A DNA stretch of 64,000 nt from an uncultured Candidatus Saccharibacteria bacterium (lineage in GTDB: Bacteria > Patescibacteriota > Dojkabacteria > B142 > JAFGMG01): positions 26,053 to 90,052 of the forward strand of contig CAYUFB010000001.1 in the NCBI GenBank assembly GCA_964444125.1, read 5' to 3'. Numbering within the stretch: position 1 is the first letter of the stretch; the number at the start of each line of letters is the position of its first letter. The notes under the pieces are model-generated. The model had not been told where the DNA came from. It worked only from the letters and a program-made list of their open reading frames with translations, and searched no databases. The position numbers were made by a program, and so were the translations under genes. Of this stretch, positions 1-9,176 are shown piece after piece.

Positions 1-58
1 AAGAAAAGGTAGAAATTTAGCAGTTGGTGGATTGAAGAGAAAATTAGAGAAGACATAA
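1..58 (+). CDS. rpsM: possible 3' end of ribosomal protein S13 (partial, runs off window start)
   Basis: Frame-2 translation ...RKGRNLAVGGLKRKLEKT* resembles the S13 C-terminus (RKGPRKTVAGKKK). It sits directly upstream of rpsK, as in the conserved S13-S11-S4-rpoA-L17 cluster. Confidence 0.35.
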   Translation, partial: RKGRNLAVGGLKRKLEKT

Positions 59-107
59 TCTTGAAGATTGTTAATTTCTGTTTATATTTAGTTTATAAGA
101 TTATTTA

Positions 108-524
108 ATGCCAAAGCCAAAGCAGCAACAAACAACAAAAGAAGTTGCAAAACAAAAAAAGAAAGCGAAGAAGAAACTAGTACAAAAGGTCATAGTAAAA
201 GTAAAAAGTGGGTATAACAATACAATCGTGACGATCACAGATTATGATGGTAGTGTTATTTCTTCAAGTAGTGGTGGAGTAGTTGGATTTAAGGGATCTA
301 GAAAAAGTACAGCTTTCGCTGCTACAAAAGCAGCAGAAGATGCAGTATTTAAGGCTCAAAAGTTTGGGGCGAAAGAAGCAATTGTTGTAGTTTCAGGCAT
401 GGGAATGGGAAGACAGGCTGCCGTCAAAGGTATTAGATCTGCTGGTTTAAAAATTACATCTCTTTCTGATCATACTCCAGTACCTCATGGTGGTACTTGG
501 TCAAGGAAGAGTCCAAAGAAATAA
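108..524 (+). CDS. rpsK: 30S ribosomal protein S11
   Basis: 138 aa with a Lys-rich N-terminus. The SGGVVGFKGSRKST..AA and VSGMGMGRQAAVKGIRSAGLKIT motifs are typical of S11, and the operon context fits. Confidence 0.93.
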   Translation: MPKPKQQQTTKEVAKQKKKAKKKLVQKVIVKVKSGYNNTIVTITDYDGSVISSSSGGVVGFKGSRKSTAFAATKAAEDAVFKAQKFGAKEAIVVVSGMGMGRQAAVKGIRSAGLKITSLSDHTPVPHGGTWSRKSPKK

Positions 525-541
525 TTAATTAATAAGGAAAT

Positions 542-1141
542 ATGAGATATACAGGTCCAAAAAGAAAACTAGAAAGAAGAGAAAATGCTACTTTATTTGG
601 AAGTGAAGCATGGAAAAAAAGGCCTACTTTGCCTGGTCAGCATGGTGTTTCTAGAAAGAGACCATCAAACTATGCTATTCAGTTTAGAGAAAAACAAAAG
701 GTCAAAAGAACATACTTGATGACAGAGAAACAATTTAGAATATTTTTTGATGAAGCAAAAAAGGCTACAGGAAATACAGGTACAAGATTTCTTCAGTTAT
801 TGGAGATGAGACTTGATAACGTTGTTTACAGACTTGGATTAGCAAAGACAAGAGATCAAGCTAGACAATTTGTAAATCATGGACACATAACAGTAAATGG
901 AAAGAAGCTTAGTATTCCTTCTTTTAGAGTCAAGGTTGGAGATGAGGTATCTTTGTCTAAGAAAATGGACAATAAAGATATTTCAAAACAAATTGCTCAA
1001 GAAATCAAAGCAGAAAAAAGAGCTGTTCCTGCATGGCTAGAAAGGCTTAAGTCTGGTGGCAAGGTTACAGCTGAACCTGTTAGGGAAAATATTGATAAAA
1101 GTATCAAAGAACAGTATATAGTTGAATTTTATTCAAGATAA
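542..1141 (+). CDS. rpsD: 30S ribosomal protein S4
   Basis: 199 aa. MRYTGPKRKLERREN and the S4 domain LDNVVYRLGLAKTRDQARQFVNHGHITVNGKK are present. Confidence 0.93.
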   Translation: MRYTGPKRKLERRENATLFGSEAWKKRPTLPGQHGVSRKRPSNYAIQFREKQKVKRTYLMTEKQFRIFFDEAKKATGNTGTRFLQLLEMRLDNVVYRLGLAKTRDQARQFVNHGHITVNGKKLSIPSFRVKVGDEVSLSKKMDNKDISKQIAQEIKAEKRAVPAWLERLKSGGKVTAEPVRENIDKSIKEQYIVEFYSR

Positions 1142-1160
1142 TAATTATTATTTATATCAA

Positions 1161-2099
1161 ATGTTGGAAATTGATAAATTTGGACTTAAAAAGGTAAAAG
1201 ATGAAGGATCATATGGAGAGTTTGAGATTGGACCACTTCCAAAAGGTTTCGGGCATACAGTAGCAAACTCATTAAGAAGAATATTGCTATCATCAATCGC
1301 TGGAGCATCAGTTGTTTCAGTCAAAATCAATGGTGTAGATCATGAGTATACAGCACTTAAAGGTGTCCAAGATGATGTACTGGCAATTTTATTAAGATTG
1401 AAAGAATTAGCATTAGTTGTTCATACTGAAGATGAGGTAGTTCTAAAGGTATCCAAAAAAGGCAAAAAAGGAGAAGTAGTAGACGTTTTAGCTTCAGATA
1501 TAGAAATAAATCCAGATGTTGAAATTATCAACAAAGATCTTGTTATTACATCGCTTAGTGATGAGAAAAGTAGCTTTGATGCAGAGATTCACGTCAGATC
1601 TGGAGTAGGATACGCTTTCCCAGAGGAATCAATTCGAAAAGAAATTGGCAATTTGCCAATTGATGCTGATTATAATCCTGTCACAAGAGTTGAGATTGAT
1701 ATTGTTACAGCTCGTGTCGGACAAAGAACTGATTACGAACAGATCATACTAAAAGTTCACACAAATATGACCAAAACTCCTTCTGAAGCATTATTAGAGG
1801 CAGTTGAGGTGTATGATAGGATTGCAAACAGACTAGTGAATTTGGCTGGAGGCAATGCTGCAGCATTAGAAGAAGAGGTCAAAGATGAAGAAAGCAAACA
1901 AGAAGAAAGAATACTTGTCAGTGAGGTTAATATGTCAACAAGGCTTACAAATTCATTGATGAATTCAGGTATTTCAACATTAAATGAATTAAACGGAAAA
2001 AGCAAAGAAGATGTTGCAGGGTTTAGGGGTATGGGCAAAAAATCATATGAAGAGTTATTAGAAATTTTAGCTGATTTTGGATTTTCATTAACAGATTAA
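1161..2099 (+). CDS. rpoA: DNA-directed RNA polymerase subunit alpha
   Basis: The GFGHTVANSLRRILLSS motif is present, with NTD and CTD. The ORF track starts at TTG 1122, overlapping rpsD. ATG 1161 (MLEIDKF...) gives the usual spacing to the GFGHT motif. Confidence 0.9.
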   Translation: MLEIDKFGLKKVKDEGSYGEFEIGPLPKGFGHTVANSLRRILLSSIAGASVVSVKINGVDHEYTALKGVQDDVLAILLRLKELALVVHTEDEVVLKVSKKGKKGEVVDVLASDIEINPDVEIINKDLVITSLSDEKSSFDAEIHVRSGVGYAFPEESIRKEIGNLPIDADYNPVTRVEIDIVTARVGQRTDYEQIILKVHTNMTKTPSEALLEAVEVYDRIANRLVNLAGGNAAALEEEVKDEESKQEERILVSEVNMSTRLTNSLMNSGISTLNELNGKSKEDVAGFRGMGKKSYEELLEILADFGFSLTD

Positions 2100-2103
2100 A
2101 TAA

Positions 2104-2499
2104 ATGAGACATAATTATAAAGTCAAAAAATTAGGCAGGCAGAAAGATCATAGAGATATGCTGGTTATAAACCAATTCAAGACTTTGGTTCAGTATGGCA
2201 AATTAGAAACAACTGAACAAAAGGCAAAAGTTGTAGCAGGTTTTGCAGATAAGATTCTTTCAAGATTGGCCAAATTAGATAATGAGAGAGCATTGCAGTT
2301 ATTAGAATCCAAATTAAAGAATAAAAAATTTACTAAGTATTTAGTAGAGGAAATCAAACCTGTCCTAGATAGAGAGTTTGGATTCGTTCGCAAATACAAA
2401 CTAGAGACTAGAAAAGGTGATAATGCTAGTATGATGTTACTTGAATTAATCAAGAAAGAACAAAAATCAAAAAAATCTAATAAAAAGAAAGAGAAATAA
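2104..2499 (+). CDS. rplQ: 50S ribosomal protein L17
   Basis: 131 aa. MRHNYKVKKLGRQKDHRDMLVINQ... is typical of L17, with a Lys-rich C-terminal tail. Confidence 0.9.
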   Translation: MRHNYKVKKLGRQKDHRDMLVINQFKTLVQYGKLETTEQKAKVVAGFADKILSRLAKLDNERALQLLESKLKNKKFTKYLVEEIKPVLDREFGFVRKYKLETRKGDNASMMLLELIKKEQKSKKSNKKKEK

Positions 2500-2501
2500 T
2501 T

Positions 2502-2936
2502 ATGATGAAAACCAGAGTAATTAAACAAAAAGAAGTAAATCAAAATTGGTATTTGTTTGATGCAAAAAATGTAAGACTTGGAAAGCTTGCTGTAGAGGTA
2601 TCAAAAACTCTTATGGGTAAAGACAAAGTCAATTCTGCAGATAATCTTGATGATGGTGACTATGTTGTTGTCATTAATGTCAAAGAATTATCTTTTCATC
2701 CTAAAAAATTAAACAACAAAAAATACTATTCCCACTCAGGATACATGGGTTCTCTAAAAACTGAAACTTTAAAAGATTTGTTTGAAAGAAAACCTGATGA
2801 AGTATTAAGAAAAGCTGTCAAGGGTATGTTACCAAAAAACAAAATTCAAGCGAAGATACTAAATAGACTATATATTTATGAGACTTCTGAGCATAAACAT
2901 GAGGCACAGAAGCCTATACAAATTAAGATCAAGTAA
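2502..2936 (+). CDS. rplM: 50S ribosomal protein L13
   Basis: 144 aa. NWYLFDAKNVRLGKLAVEVSKTLMGK is the L13 signature. Confidence 0.9.
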   Translation: MMKTRVIKQKEVNQNWYLFDAKNVRLGKLAVEVSKTLMGKDKVNSADNLDDGDYVVVINVKELSFHPKKLNNKKYYSHSGYMGSLKTETLKDLFERKPDEVLRKAVKGMLPKNKIQAKILNRLYIYETSEHKHEAQKPIQIKIK

Positions 2937-2941
2937 TAAAT

Positions 2942-3331
2942 ATGGAAAAATACATATATACAAAAGGAAGAAGAAAAACATCAGTTGCAACATTAAGATT
3001 GTATGAGGGCAATGGAGTCACAATGATTAATGACAAAAAGTTTGAAGATGTCTACAGAGATCCAGTAGATAGAGCATTGATTCTTGAGCCATTGAAATTA
3101 ATTGGTTCTCTAGATAAATACTACTTCACTTCAAAAACTAAAGGTGGTGGTGTCAAATCTCAAGCAGGAGCTATTAGACATGCATTATCACGTGCTTTGG
3201 TCAAATCAAGTAGTGATTTTAAATCCACACTTAAGAAAGCAGGAATGTTGGTTCGAGACGATAGAATGGTTGAAAGAAAAAAGACTGGCCTAAAGAAGGC
3301 AAGAAAATCCCCACAATTCTCAAAGAGATAA
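2942..3331 (+). CDS. rpsI: 30S ribosomal protein S9
   Basis: 129 aa. GGGVKSQAGAIRHALSRAL plus the C-terminal RKKTGLKKARKSPQFSKR. Confidence 0.92.
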   Translation: MEKYIYTKGRRKTSVATLRLYEGNGVTMINDKKFEDVYRDPVDRALILEPLKLIGSLDKYYFTSKTKGGGVKSQAGAIRHALSRALVKSSSDFKSTLKKAGMLVRDDRMVERKKTGLKKARKSPQFSKR

Positions 3332-3396
3332 ATTTACAAATACATTGCGCAGTTTCATTTTCTCTCTTATAATAGTAAGAATTATAATTACTGCTC

Positions 3397-4068
3397 GTGT
3401 TCAAGAAATTGTTTTCAACAATTATTCTCATTTTAGTTTTAGTCGTTTTGGCGCTTTGGTCCCCATGGCAGAAATTAGATATTTCCGTATGGGAGATGTT
3501 GGGTTTAAAACAACAGGACAAACTCTCAGGTTTGCAGGTTTATTCTATGAATGGTGAGATAGATATAGAAATTGATGGAGAACCTGTTGGAAGTGTAAAT
3601 GTTGAAGGGTCTCCACTTGATATTTACGAAATTGAACCTGGGGATAGGTTGATAACACTAATCAATAAATCAGAAAATAGTTACAAGTACAACAGGATTA
3701 TTAGATTCGTACCAGGAATTAATACTGTTATCGCTTACGAAATAGGTCCAAATGAGAGATTTTCGAGTGGTTATCTAATTACCGCAACACCTTCTATTGC
3801 TACAAATGAAAGCTTTTTAAATATTGCAGGATATCCATCAAAATCAAAAGTCTATCTTAATGGAGAGATGATTGGCGAGGCACCTATATCTAGATACTCG
3901 TTGAAATTAGATTCTTCATTGGTGATCAAGATTGAGAATGAAAATTATGAAGAACTGCAGTTTAATTTATTACCCGAAGACGATGAAGCCAGGAGCAATC
4001 TGAAAGGATATGACTTAAATATTGAATTTAGGCTCTTTGAAATGCCATTTGAAGTAATAACACTTTAA
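3397..4068 (+). CDS. membrane-anchored PEGA-domain protein
   Basis: 223 aa with an N-terminal TM helix. Two PEGA-like beta repeats are present (IEIDGEPVG... and VYLNGEMIGEAPISRYSL). Its stop overlaps the start of the next gene (TAATG). Confidence 0.6.
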   Translation: MFKKLFSTIILILVLVVLALWSPWQKLDISVWEMLGLKQQDKLSGLQVYSMNGEIDIEIDGEPVGSVNVEGSPLDIYEIEPGDRLITLINKSENSYKYNRIIRFVPGINTVIAYEIGPNERFSSGYLITATPSIATNESFLNIAGYPSKSKVYLNGEMIGEAPISRYSLKLDSSLVIKIENENYEELQFNLLPEDDEARSNLKGYDLNIEFRLFEMPFEVITL

Positions 4069-7000
4069 TGTCAGAAAAAAACAAATTAAAATCAAGTATA
4101 AAATATCCAACTTCTATTATAGTAAGAGGGGATGATTTCTTGGGGGTAGAGATAGCCAAAAGCCTTATTGAACAAGGAGGATACGTAATTGTGGTTGACC
4201 ATGATATTGATAAGACGATAGAGAGATACAAAGAGATAGAAGATCAGAAATTATTAAGTATAATTAACTTTGAATCAATTGATTATTTAGATGACGACTT
4301 AAGGAGATTAGATTATGTTTTTTTCTTGAATCATGAATATGATAATTCTAATTTCAAAATTTCCAGTCAAGAATTTCTTCAAGTATCAAACTATTTAGAT
4401 TTAATGCTAAATCTATCTAGCAAATTTGATGCCAAATTTGTTTTGACCTCTTCAATTCGAGCAAATCAGATAATTCTTGAGCACGGAGAATTGGATCTCA
4501 ATTTTGGAAAATCATCTACATCTGCACAGATGGTCTATACGCAGATGGAGATTCAAAGGTATGCAGAAACATTATGTATGGAATCGGTAGAGAAACTCGG
4601 AATCGATGCGCGTATCACTAGACTTGGGATAGTTGTTGGCAAAGGGATGGATTTTGATCTTAATCGCAGTTTCGATCGCTTGATTTTTCAAGCGGTCAAA
4701 GCGAAAAATTTAGAACTGACAGCTGATGGATTAGAAACAAATTTATATGTCCATGTGCTTGATTGTGCATATGGTTTGATCAAGGCTATGTTCACAAAAG
4801 GTACGCAGGGCAAAATTTATTCGATTTCAAATCAAGAAGAAATAAGTGATTTGAGTATTGCATATAAATTACAAGAGATAACAGGGCTCAATAGAGATAT
4901 TAGGTTTATTGATAGCAGTAATGATCTTCCCCCGATAAGATTTTATAAACCTGTTACAAATTTGTCAGCAATTGGGTGGACTCCCAGGATTTCATTTACT
5001 AGAGCTTTAAATCAAAGCTTGGACTATGCAAGATCACTTGAGGAAGATGGTACACAAATTGATGAAATAGTTTCGCCAGAGGAAGTTGTAGAAGATTTGC
5101 TCTCAGATGATCAACCAAAAGGAGCATTAGCTAGATTGATAGCTGAGCGAAAAAGGCAGGAAAAGGCAAGATCGGGTAGTATTTTGCTTGCAGCACAAAG
5201 AGTTCAGACCAAAAAGAAAGAAAATAGAAATTTGACCAGATACGAGAAATTTCAAAGATACTTACAAGCAAAATATGATAATCTGGCAAATAACCTACAG
5301 TTTTTAAAGAAAGTTACTGTTGCAGAATCGTTCTTTTATGCGATTACCTTTCTTATATTTGTATTAATTTACTTTGCCTTCATATCCCCAGGATTTGTGA
5401 TGATCAAAGAAACTATTAGACTTAATTATTATAATAGTCAGATAGCAAATAATATAGATCAAGCTAATATTGATGAACTGGATAATTCAATTAAAGGCTT
5501 TGATTCATCGTTAGGAGGATTTATCCAAAATTATAAAAAGTTTGAAGTAATTTATAGCTTATTGGGCAAAGAGCATGAATATCGAAGCAATATCAATTCT
5601 TTAAATACATATAAGCTCTATAGTGACAGCCTTTCTTCCAGCTTAGATTATATTGTCAGTTTTGATGAATACTGGAATCAAAATGAATTTGGTTTGGTAC
5701 TTAAACCCAACTCGGAATCAAAATTAATATTGTCACAATATAGTACAAATCAGGCACTAATTGAGAATATTAATACGAGCTCAGTTGAAGCAACTCAAAG
5801 CTCAAAGAAGCTTGAGCTTGCAAAAAAAGCAATAGATGATGTTGCAAATATTTCTGTACTTGGCTACGACATAGATGAGAATATGACCAATTTGGTTGCT
5901 GGTGAAGACTATATCACTGATTTGATGTCATTTATAAATGGCTATAGTCAAATGATGATGAAAAACGAGAAGCATACTTATATACTAGTTATCCAGGATA
6001 ATTCGAGATATACACCATCTGGAGGTTATCCTGCGAGTATCGGGTTCTTCTCTGCCCAAAGTGGACAAATTACTGATATTCTATTTACACCAGTTACAGA
6101 AAATATGCGATTGTCTTCTTTGACAAAATCAGAATTAGATGAGATACAAACTAACTCAGGAGAGATTGTTTCAACTACCCAGGTTGAAATAGATGATTTA
6201 TTTCTTCTTAAGGATAGAAACGTAATACGTGAGCATTTAATTGATTATATGCAAGATCAATATGGAATAAATGCAAGAACAGTTATTTATATAAATCTTG
6301 AAGCTGTTGCATCATTAGCAAATTACAAGGGTGGGGTAGAGATAAATAGCGTTATGGTCAATGAAGCAACGATACTCAATGCTTTAGAATTGTTGCAAAA
6401 AGATACTGGCAAAGTTGAAGACAGAAATAATGTGATTACCGAATTAGCAGCGTCGATTTTTGTTGAGTATACGACAAATAAATCATTGTTAACTGGATTA
6501 CTATCTACATTCAAAGAATACACAAGAACAAGAGGTGTGTTTATTTCATCACAAAACTATGAATTAATGAATAGCCTTGCAATGATTTCAAATAATCCTA
6601 ATGAGAAAAATTGGGCGTTTTTTGCACTTGGTATTGATCCTAACGCAGTAAAGGTCAAGGTATTTCCATCAATGGATTTAAAAGTTGAAGACTATATAGA
6701 AAGTGATTTTGTAATAAATAGAAAGATTACCATTAATCCAGGAAGCAACGAACATTTAGAGAGAGTTATTACATGCGTCCCCTCAAATGCATTTGATTTC
6801 TCTTTAGACAATAGATTGGCCTTAGGGCAGGCTTTTAGTGATAGTCAAATTTGTGTAGCAGGTGATTTTTCAAGATCAGAAAAAGTAAGCTTCAGTTACA
6901 AATTTCGTCCACAAATTGAAAATTTAGGTACAAATGAGTATAATGTAAATCTAGAGTTGCTAGTTGCCCCAGGAAGCAAAGTCAAATATGATTGGGATAT

Positions 7001-7121
7001 AAGTAAGTCTCCAGATATAAAGTTTAAAGATATTGGGGACCTTTCCTTGGCTGGGCAAGTTATTGTGTCTTCTGGCAACTTAGAGAATAGTTTAAATATA
7101 GATTTTATAATCGAGAAATGA
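4068..7121 (+). CDS. large bitopic protein: degenerate NAD-dependent epimerase/SDR-like cytoplasmic domain + single TM + ~570-aa extracytoplasmic domain
   Basis: 1017 aa. The N-terminal ~330 aa has a Rossmann-like fold in which a degenerate RGDDFLG replaces GxxGxxG (IIVRGDDFLGVEIAKSLIEQGGYVIVVDHD). One TM lies at about aa 425-450 (AITFLIFVLIYFAFISPGFVMI). The large C-terminal domain has no motif I can name. It is translationally coupled on both sides (ATGA overlap with greA). Confidence 0.6.
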   Translation: MSEKNKLKSSIKYPTSIIVRGDDFLGVEIAKSLIEQGGYVIVVDHDIDKTIERYKEIEDQKLLSIINFESIDYLDDDLRRLDYVFFLNHEYDNSNFKISSQEFLQVSNYLDLMLNLSSKFDAKFVLTSSIRANQIILEHGELDLNFGKSSTSAQMVYTQMEIQRYAETLCMESVEKLGIDARITRLGIVVGKGMDFDLNRSFDRLIFQAVKAKNLELTADGLETNLYVHVLDCAYGLIKAMFTKGTQGKIYSISNQEEISDLSIAYKLQEITGLNRDIRFIDSSNDLPPIRFYKPVTNLSAIGWTPRISFTRALNQSLDYARSLEEDGTQIDEIVSPEEVVEDLLSDDQPKGALARLIAERKRQEKARSGSILLAAQRVQTKKKENRNLTRYEKFQRYLQAKYDNLANNLQFLKKVTVAESFFYAITFLIFVLIYFAFISPGFVMIKETIRLNYYNSQIANNIDQANIDELDNSIKGFDSSLGGFIQNYKKFEVIYSLLGKEHEYRSNINSLNTYKLYSDSLSSSLDYIVSFDEYWNQNEFGLVLKPNSESKLILSQYSTNQALIENINTSSVEATQSSKKLELAKKAIDDVANISVLGYDIDENMTNLVAGEDYITDLMSFINGYSQMMMKNEKHTYILVIQDNSRYTPSGGYPASIGFFSAQSGQITDILFTPVTENMRLSSLTKSELDEIQTNSGEIVSTTQVEIDDLFLLKDRNVIREHLIDYMQDQYGINARTVIYINLEAVASLANYKGGVEINSVMVNEATILNALELLQKDTGKVEDRNNVITELAASIFVEYTTNKSLLTGLLSTFKEYTRTRGVFISSQNYELMNSLAMISNNPNEKNWAFFALGIDPNAVKVKVFPSMDLKVEDYIESDFVINRKITINPGSNEHLERVITCVPSNAFDFSLDNRLALGQAFSDSQICVAGDFSRSEKVSFSYKFRPQIENLGTNEYNVNLELLVAPGSKVKYDWDISKSPDIKFKDIGDLSLAGQVIVSSGNLENSLNIDFIIEK

Positions 7122-7585
7122 AAGACCAAGTCTTACTGACCAAAGAAGGTTTAGAAGAATTAAAAAATGAATTACAAAGAAGAATTGAAATTGACCGAAT
7201 CAAAATTGCTGAAGAATTAAGTGCAGCAAGTGCTCAAGGAGATCTTTCAGAAAATGCAACATATAAAACTGCAATGGAAGATAAGGAATTCAATGAGAAT
7301 AGGATCGCTGAATTACAAAAAATTATCGCTGAAGCAGTCGTTATTGAGGGAAATAAAAACGATGATACTGCTGGTTTAGGAGAAAGGATTGTAGTTAAGA
7401 GATTATCTGATAACAAAATTAGAGAGTATATTCTTGTCGGAGAAAATGAGGCTGATCCACTTAGCTACAAAATTTCAATCAAGTCTCCAATTGGTAATGC
7501 ATTGTTAAATAAAGATGTGGGTGAAATAGTTAAGGTCGAAATGCCAAATGGCGTAGAAGAATTTGAAATAATTGAGATAAAATAA
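7118..7585 (+). CDS. greA: transcription elongation factor GreA
   Basis: 155 aa with an N-terminal coiled coil (LTKEGLEELKNELQ...SENATYKTAMED) and a C-terminal FKBP-like domain. Confidence 0.85.
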   Translation: MKDQVLLTKEGLEELKNELQRRIEIDRIKIAEELSAASAQGDLSENATYKTAMEDKEFNENRIAELQKIIAEAVVIEGNKNDDTAGLGERIVVKRLSDNKIREYILVGENEADPLSYKISIKSPIGNALLNKDVGEIVKVEMPNGVEEFEIIEIK

Positions 7586-7602
7586 TTCGCTTAAAAAGCT
7601 GA

Positions 7603-7659
7603 CAGGGCCAGTTATATTTGCTATATTAATTAAAGTAAATATTAACTGACCCTTTTTTT
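7603..7659 (+). terminator. putative intrinsic terminator after greA
   Basis: An imperfect stem (cagggccagtta / taactgaccct) with a large loop is followed by a T7 run at 7654-7660. Confidence 0.35.
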
Positions 7660-8497
7660 GGAAAAGCACGCCATCCCGCAAAACATCATGGATGTTGAAT
7701 TTAAATTGTTCGGAAGTCTGACGATCAGACAATTCATGAGCTTGGTGGGGGCCGTCATTATTGCTGGTTTGATATATATTATTGCAACCCCGCTTGGCGT
7801 CCCCGGTATTGTATTCTGGCCAATTGTAGGCTTTATTTTGGCAATAGGCTTTGCAATGGCCTTTATGACAATCAATGGGCAGCCCTTCGCTAGATGGTTT
7901 AGAAATTTTGTATTTGCAATTTTTTCTTCACAGAAATATGTATGGCAAAAATCTCCTCAACCGCCTCAAGCATTGACGCAAAATGTCCCAAAGATGAGCC
8001 CTAAATCGGATAAACAGATTTCAAAAGAATTAGGGATTATGCCTCTTGTAGAAGTTATGTCTGAGAAAAACGTAGAACTAGACGAAGATGAAAAAAAAGA
8101 CTTGTCCAGGATAGATCGATATTTTCAAGCAGAATTTGATAAGTATGTTCCTTCTAAACAAACTGTTGAAAGCAAAAGGCAGGGAATAGCACAAGTTGAT
8201 ATAGAAAATGCCAATATAGCCGGAAATCAAAATAGGATGTATTATGGAGATAATGTAGTAGATATAGGCAAAGGAAAGAGAGCGGTTTATTCAAATATGC
8301 AAAATAGAGCTTCCAGACCTGTTATGAAGGACGATTCTGAAGTGATGATGGAAAAAAAAATCAAAGAGATACTTCAAAGACAGCGTGAACTCGATCCTTA
8401 TATAAAAACAATGGAAATAGAAGAAAGGGAAAAAGAACTCAAACAAGAAATGAGAAGACTTTATCAAGAAATTCAGGAGTTAAACTCTAAAAAATAA
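7658..8497 (+). CDS. PrgI/VirB3-like type IV secretion membrane protein
   Basis: 279 aa. The N-terminus (DVEFKLFGSLTIRQF, followed by two TM helices) resembles the PrgI family of Gram-positive T4SS. The C-terminus is a charged coiled coil. It lies immediately upstream of VirB4. Confidence 0.5.
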   Translation: MEKHAIPQNIMDVEFKLFGSLTIRQFMSLVGAVIIAGLIYIIATPLGVPGIVFWPIVGFILAIGFAMAFMTINGQPFARWFRNFVFAIFSSQKYVWQKSPQPPQALTQNVPKMSPKSDKQISKELGIMPLVEVMSEKNVELDEDEKKDLSRIDRYFQAEFDKYVPSKQTVESKRQGIAQVDIENANIAGNQNRMYYGDNVVDIGKGKRAVYSNMQNRASRPVMKDDSEVMMEKKIKEILQRQRELDPYIKTMEIEEREKELKQEMRRLYQEIQELNSKK

Positions 8498-9174
8498 TGG
8501 CAAAAAAAATACCTGCAACACAAGAACATTTGAGTATAGAAGAGATCGTTGATGATATGGTCATACTTCGCAATGGGGTCGTGGTGTTGATTCTTGAGAC
8601 AAGTGCTCTAAATTTCGATTTACTCTCAGAAGAAGAGCAGGATGTAAGGATTTTAGCATTCGCAAATTTATTAAATGGTGTAGATTACAGATTTGAGATA
8701 AGCATCAGAACGGTTAGAACAGATGTAAGTGAATATATAAAAAAACTTGAAGACTATAAATCCAAACAAATATCAAGGCCTCTTATTAGGCAGATAGAAA
8801 TATACATGCAATTTATACGAAATTTAACGACCAAAAATGAGATTCTAGACAAAAGATTTTTTGTTTCTATTCCCTATAGAGGTGGCCTTGTAGCAGATCC
8901 AAGTTTTTATAAAAAACTACTTGGGGCTAAGCCCAAGATTTCTAATGTCCCAAGGGTTGTAGAAAAAGCAAAAATTGATTTGTATCCAAAAAGAGACAAC
9001 ATTATCAGATTATTTAAAAAAATGGGTATATCGGCAAGACAGTTGACCAATAACGAATTATTGATGTTGTTTTATGAAATTTATGATCCTGATAAGATAG
9101 GGTACCAAAAGATCGGCCTAAATATTAGAGATTATACAACAGGTATTATTCAACCATTAAGGGAAGAAAAATAA
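8497..9174 (+). CDS. T4SS-associated protein, possibly the detached N-terminal domain of VirB4/TrsE
   Basis: 225 aa. LILETSALNFDLLSEEEQDVRILAFANLL resembles the N-terminal region of Gram-positive VirB4 homologs. It ends 2 nt before the VirB4 ATPase ORF. Confidence 0.45.
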   Translation: MAKKIPATQEHLSIEEIVDDMVILRNGVVVLILETSALNFDLLSEEEQDVRILAFANLLNGVDYRFEISIRTVRTDVSEYIKKLEDYKSKQISRPLIRQIEIYMQFIRNLTTKNEILDKRFFVSIPYRGGLVADPSFYKKLLGAKPKISNVPRVVEKAKIDLYPKRDNIIRLFKKMGISARQLTNNELLMLFYEIYDPDKIGYQKIGLNIRDYTTGIIQPLREEK

Positions 9175-9176
9175 AT

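Noticed and set aside
1757-2038. Antisense ORFs inside rpoA, the 1017-aa gene, secA, pflB and others (e.g. 1757-2038, 2190-2543, 6323-6523, 14838-15177, 51561-51782)
   Set aside because: They are shadow ORFs embedded in well-supported genes on the opposite strand. Their sequences are low-complexity with no motifs.
3345-3557. 70-aa ORF overlapping the start of the PEGA protein gene
   Set aside because: It uses an alternative frame across the promoter and 5' end of a better-supported gene, and its sequence is low-complexity.
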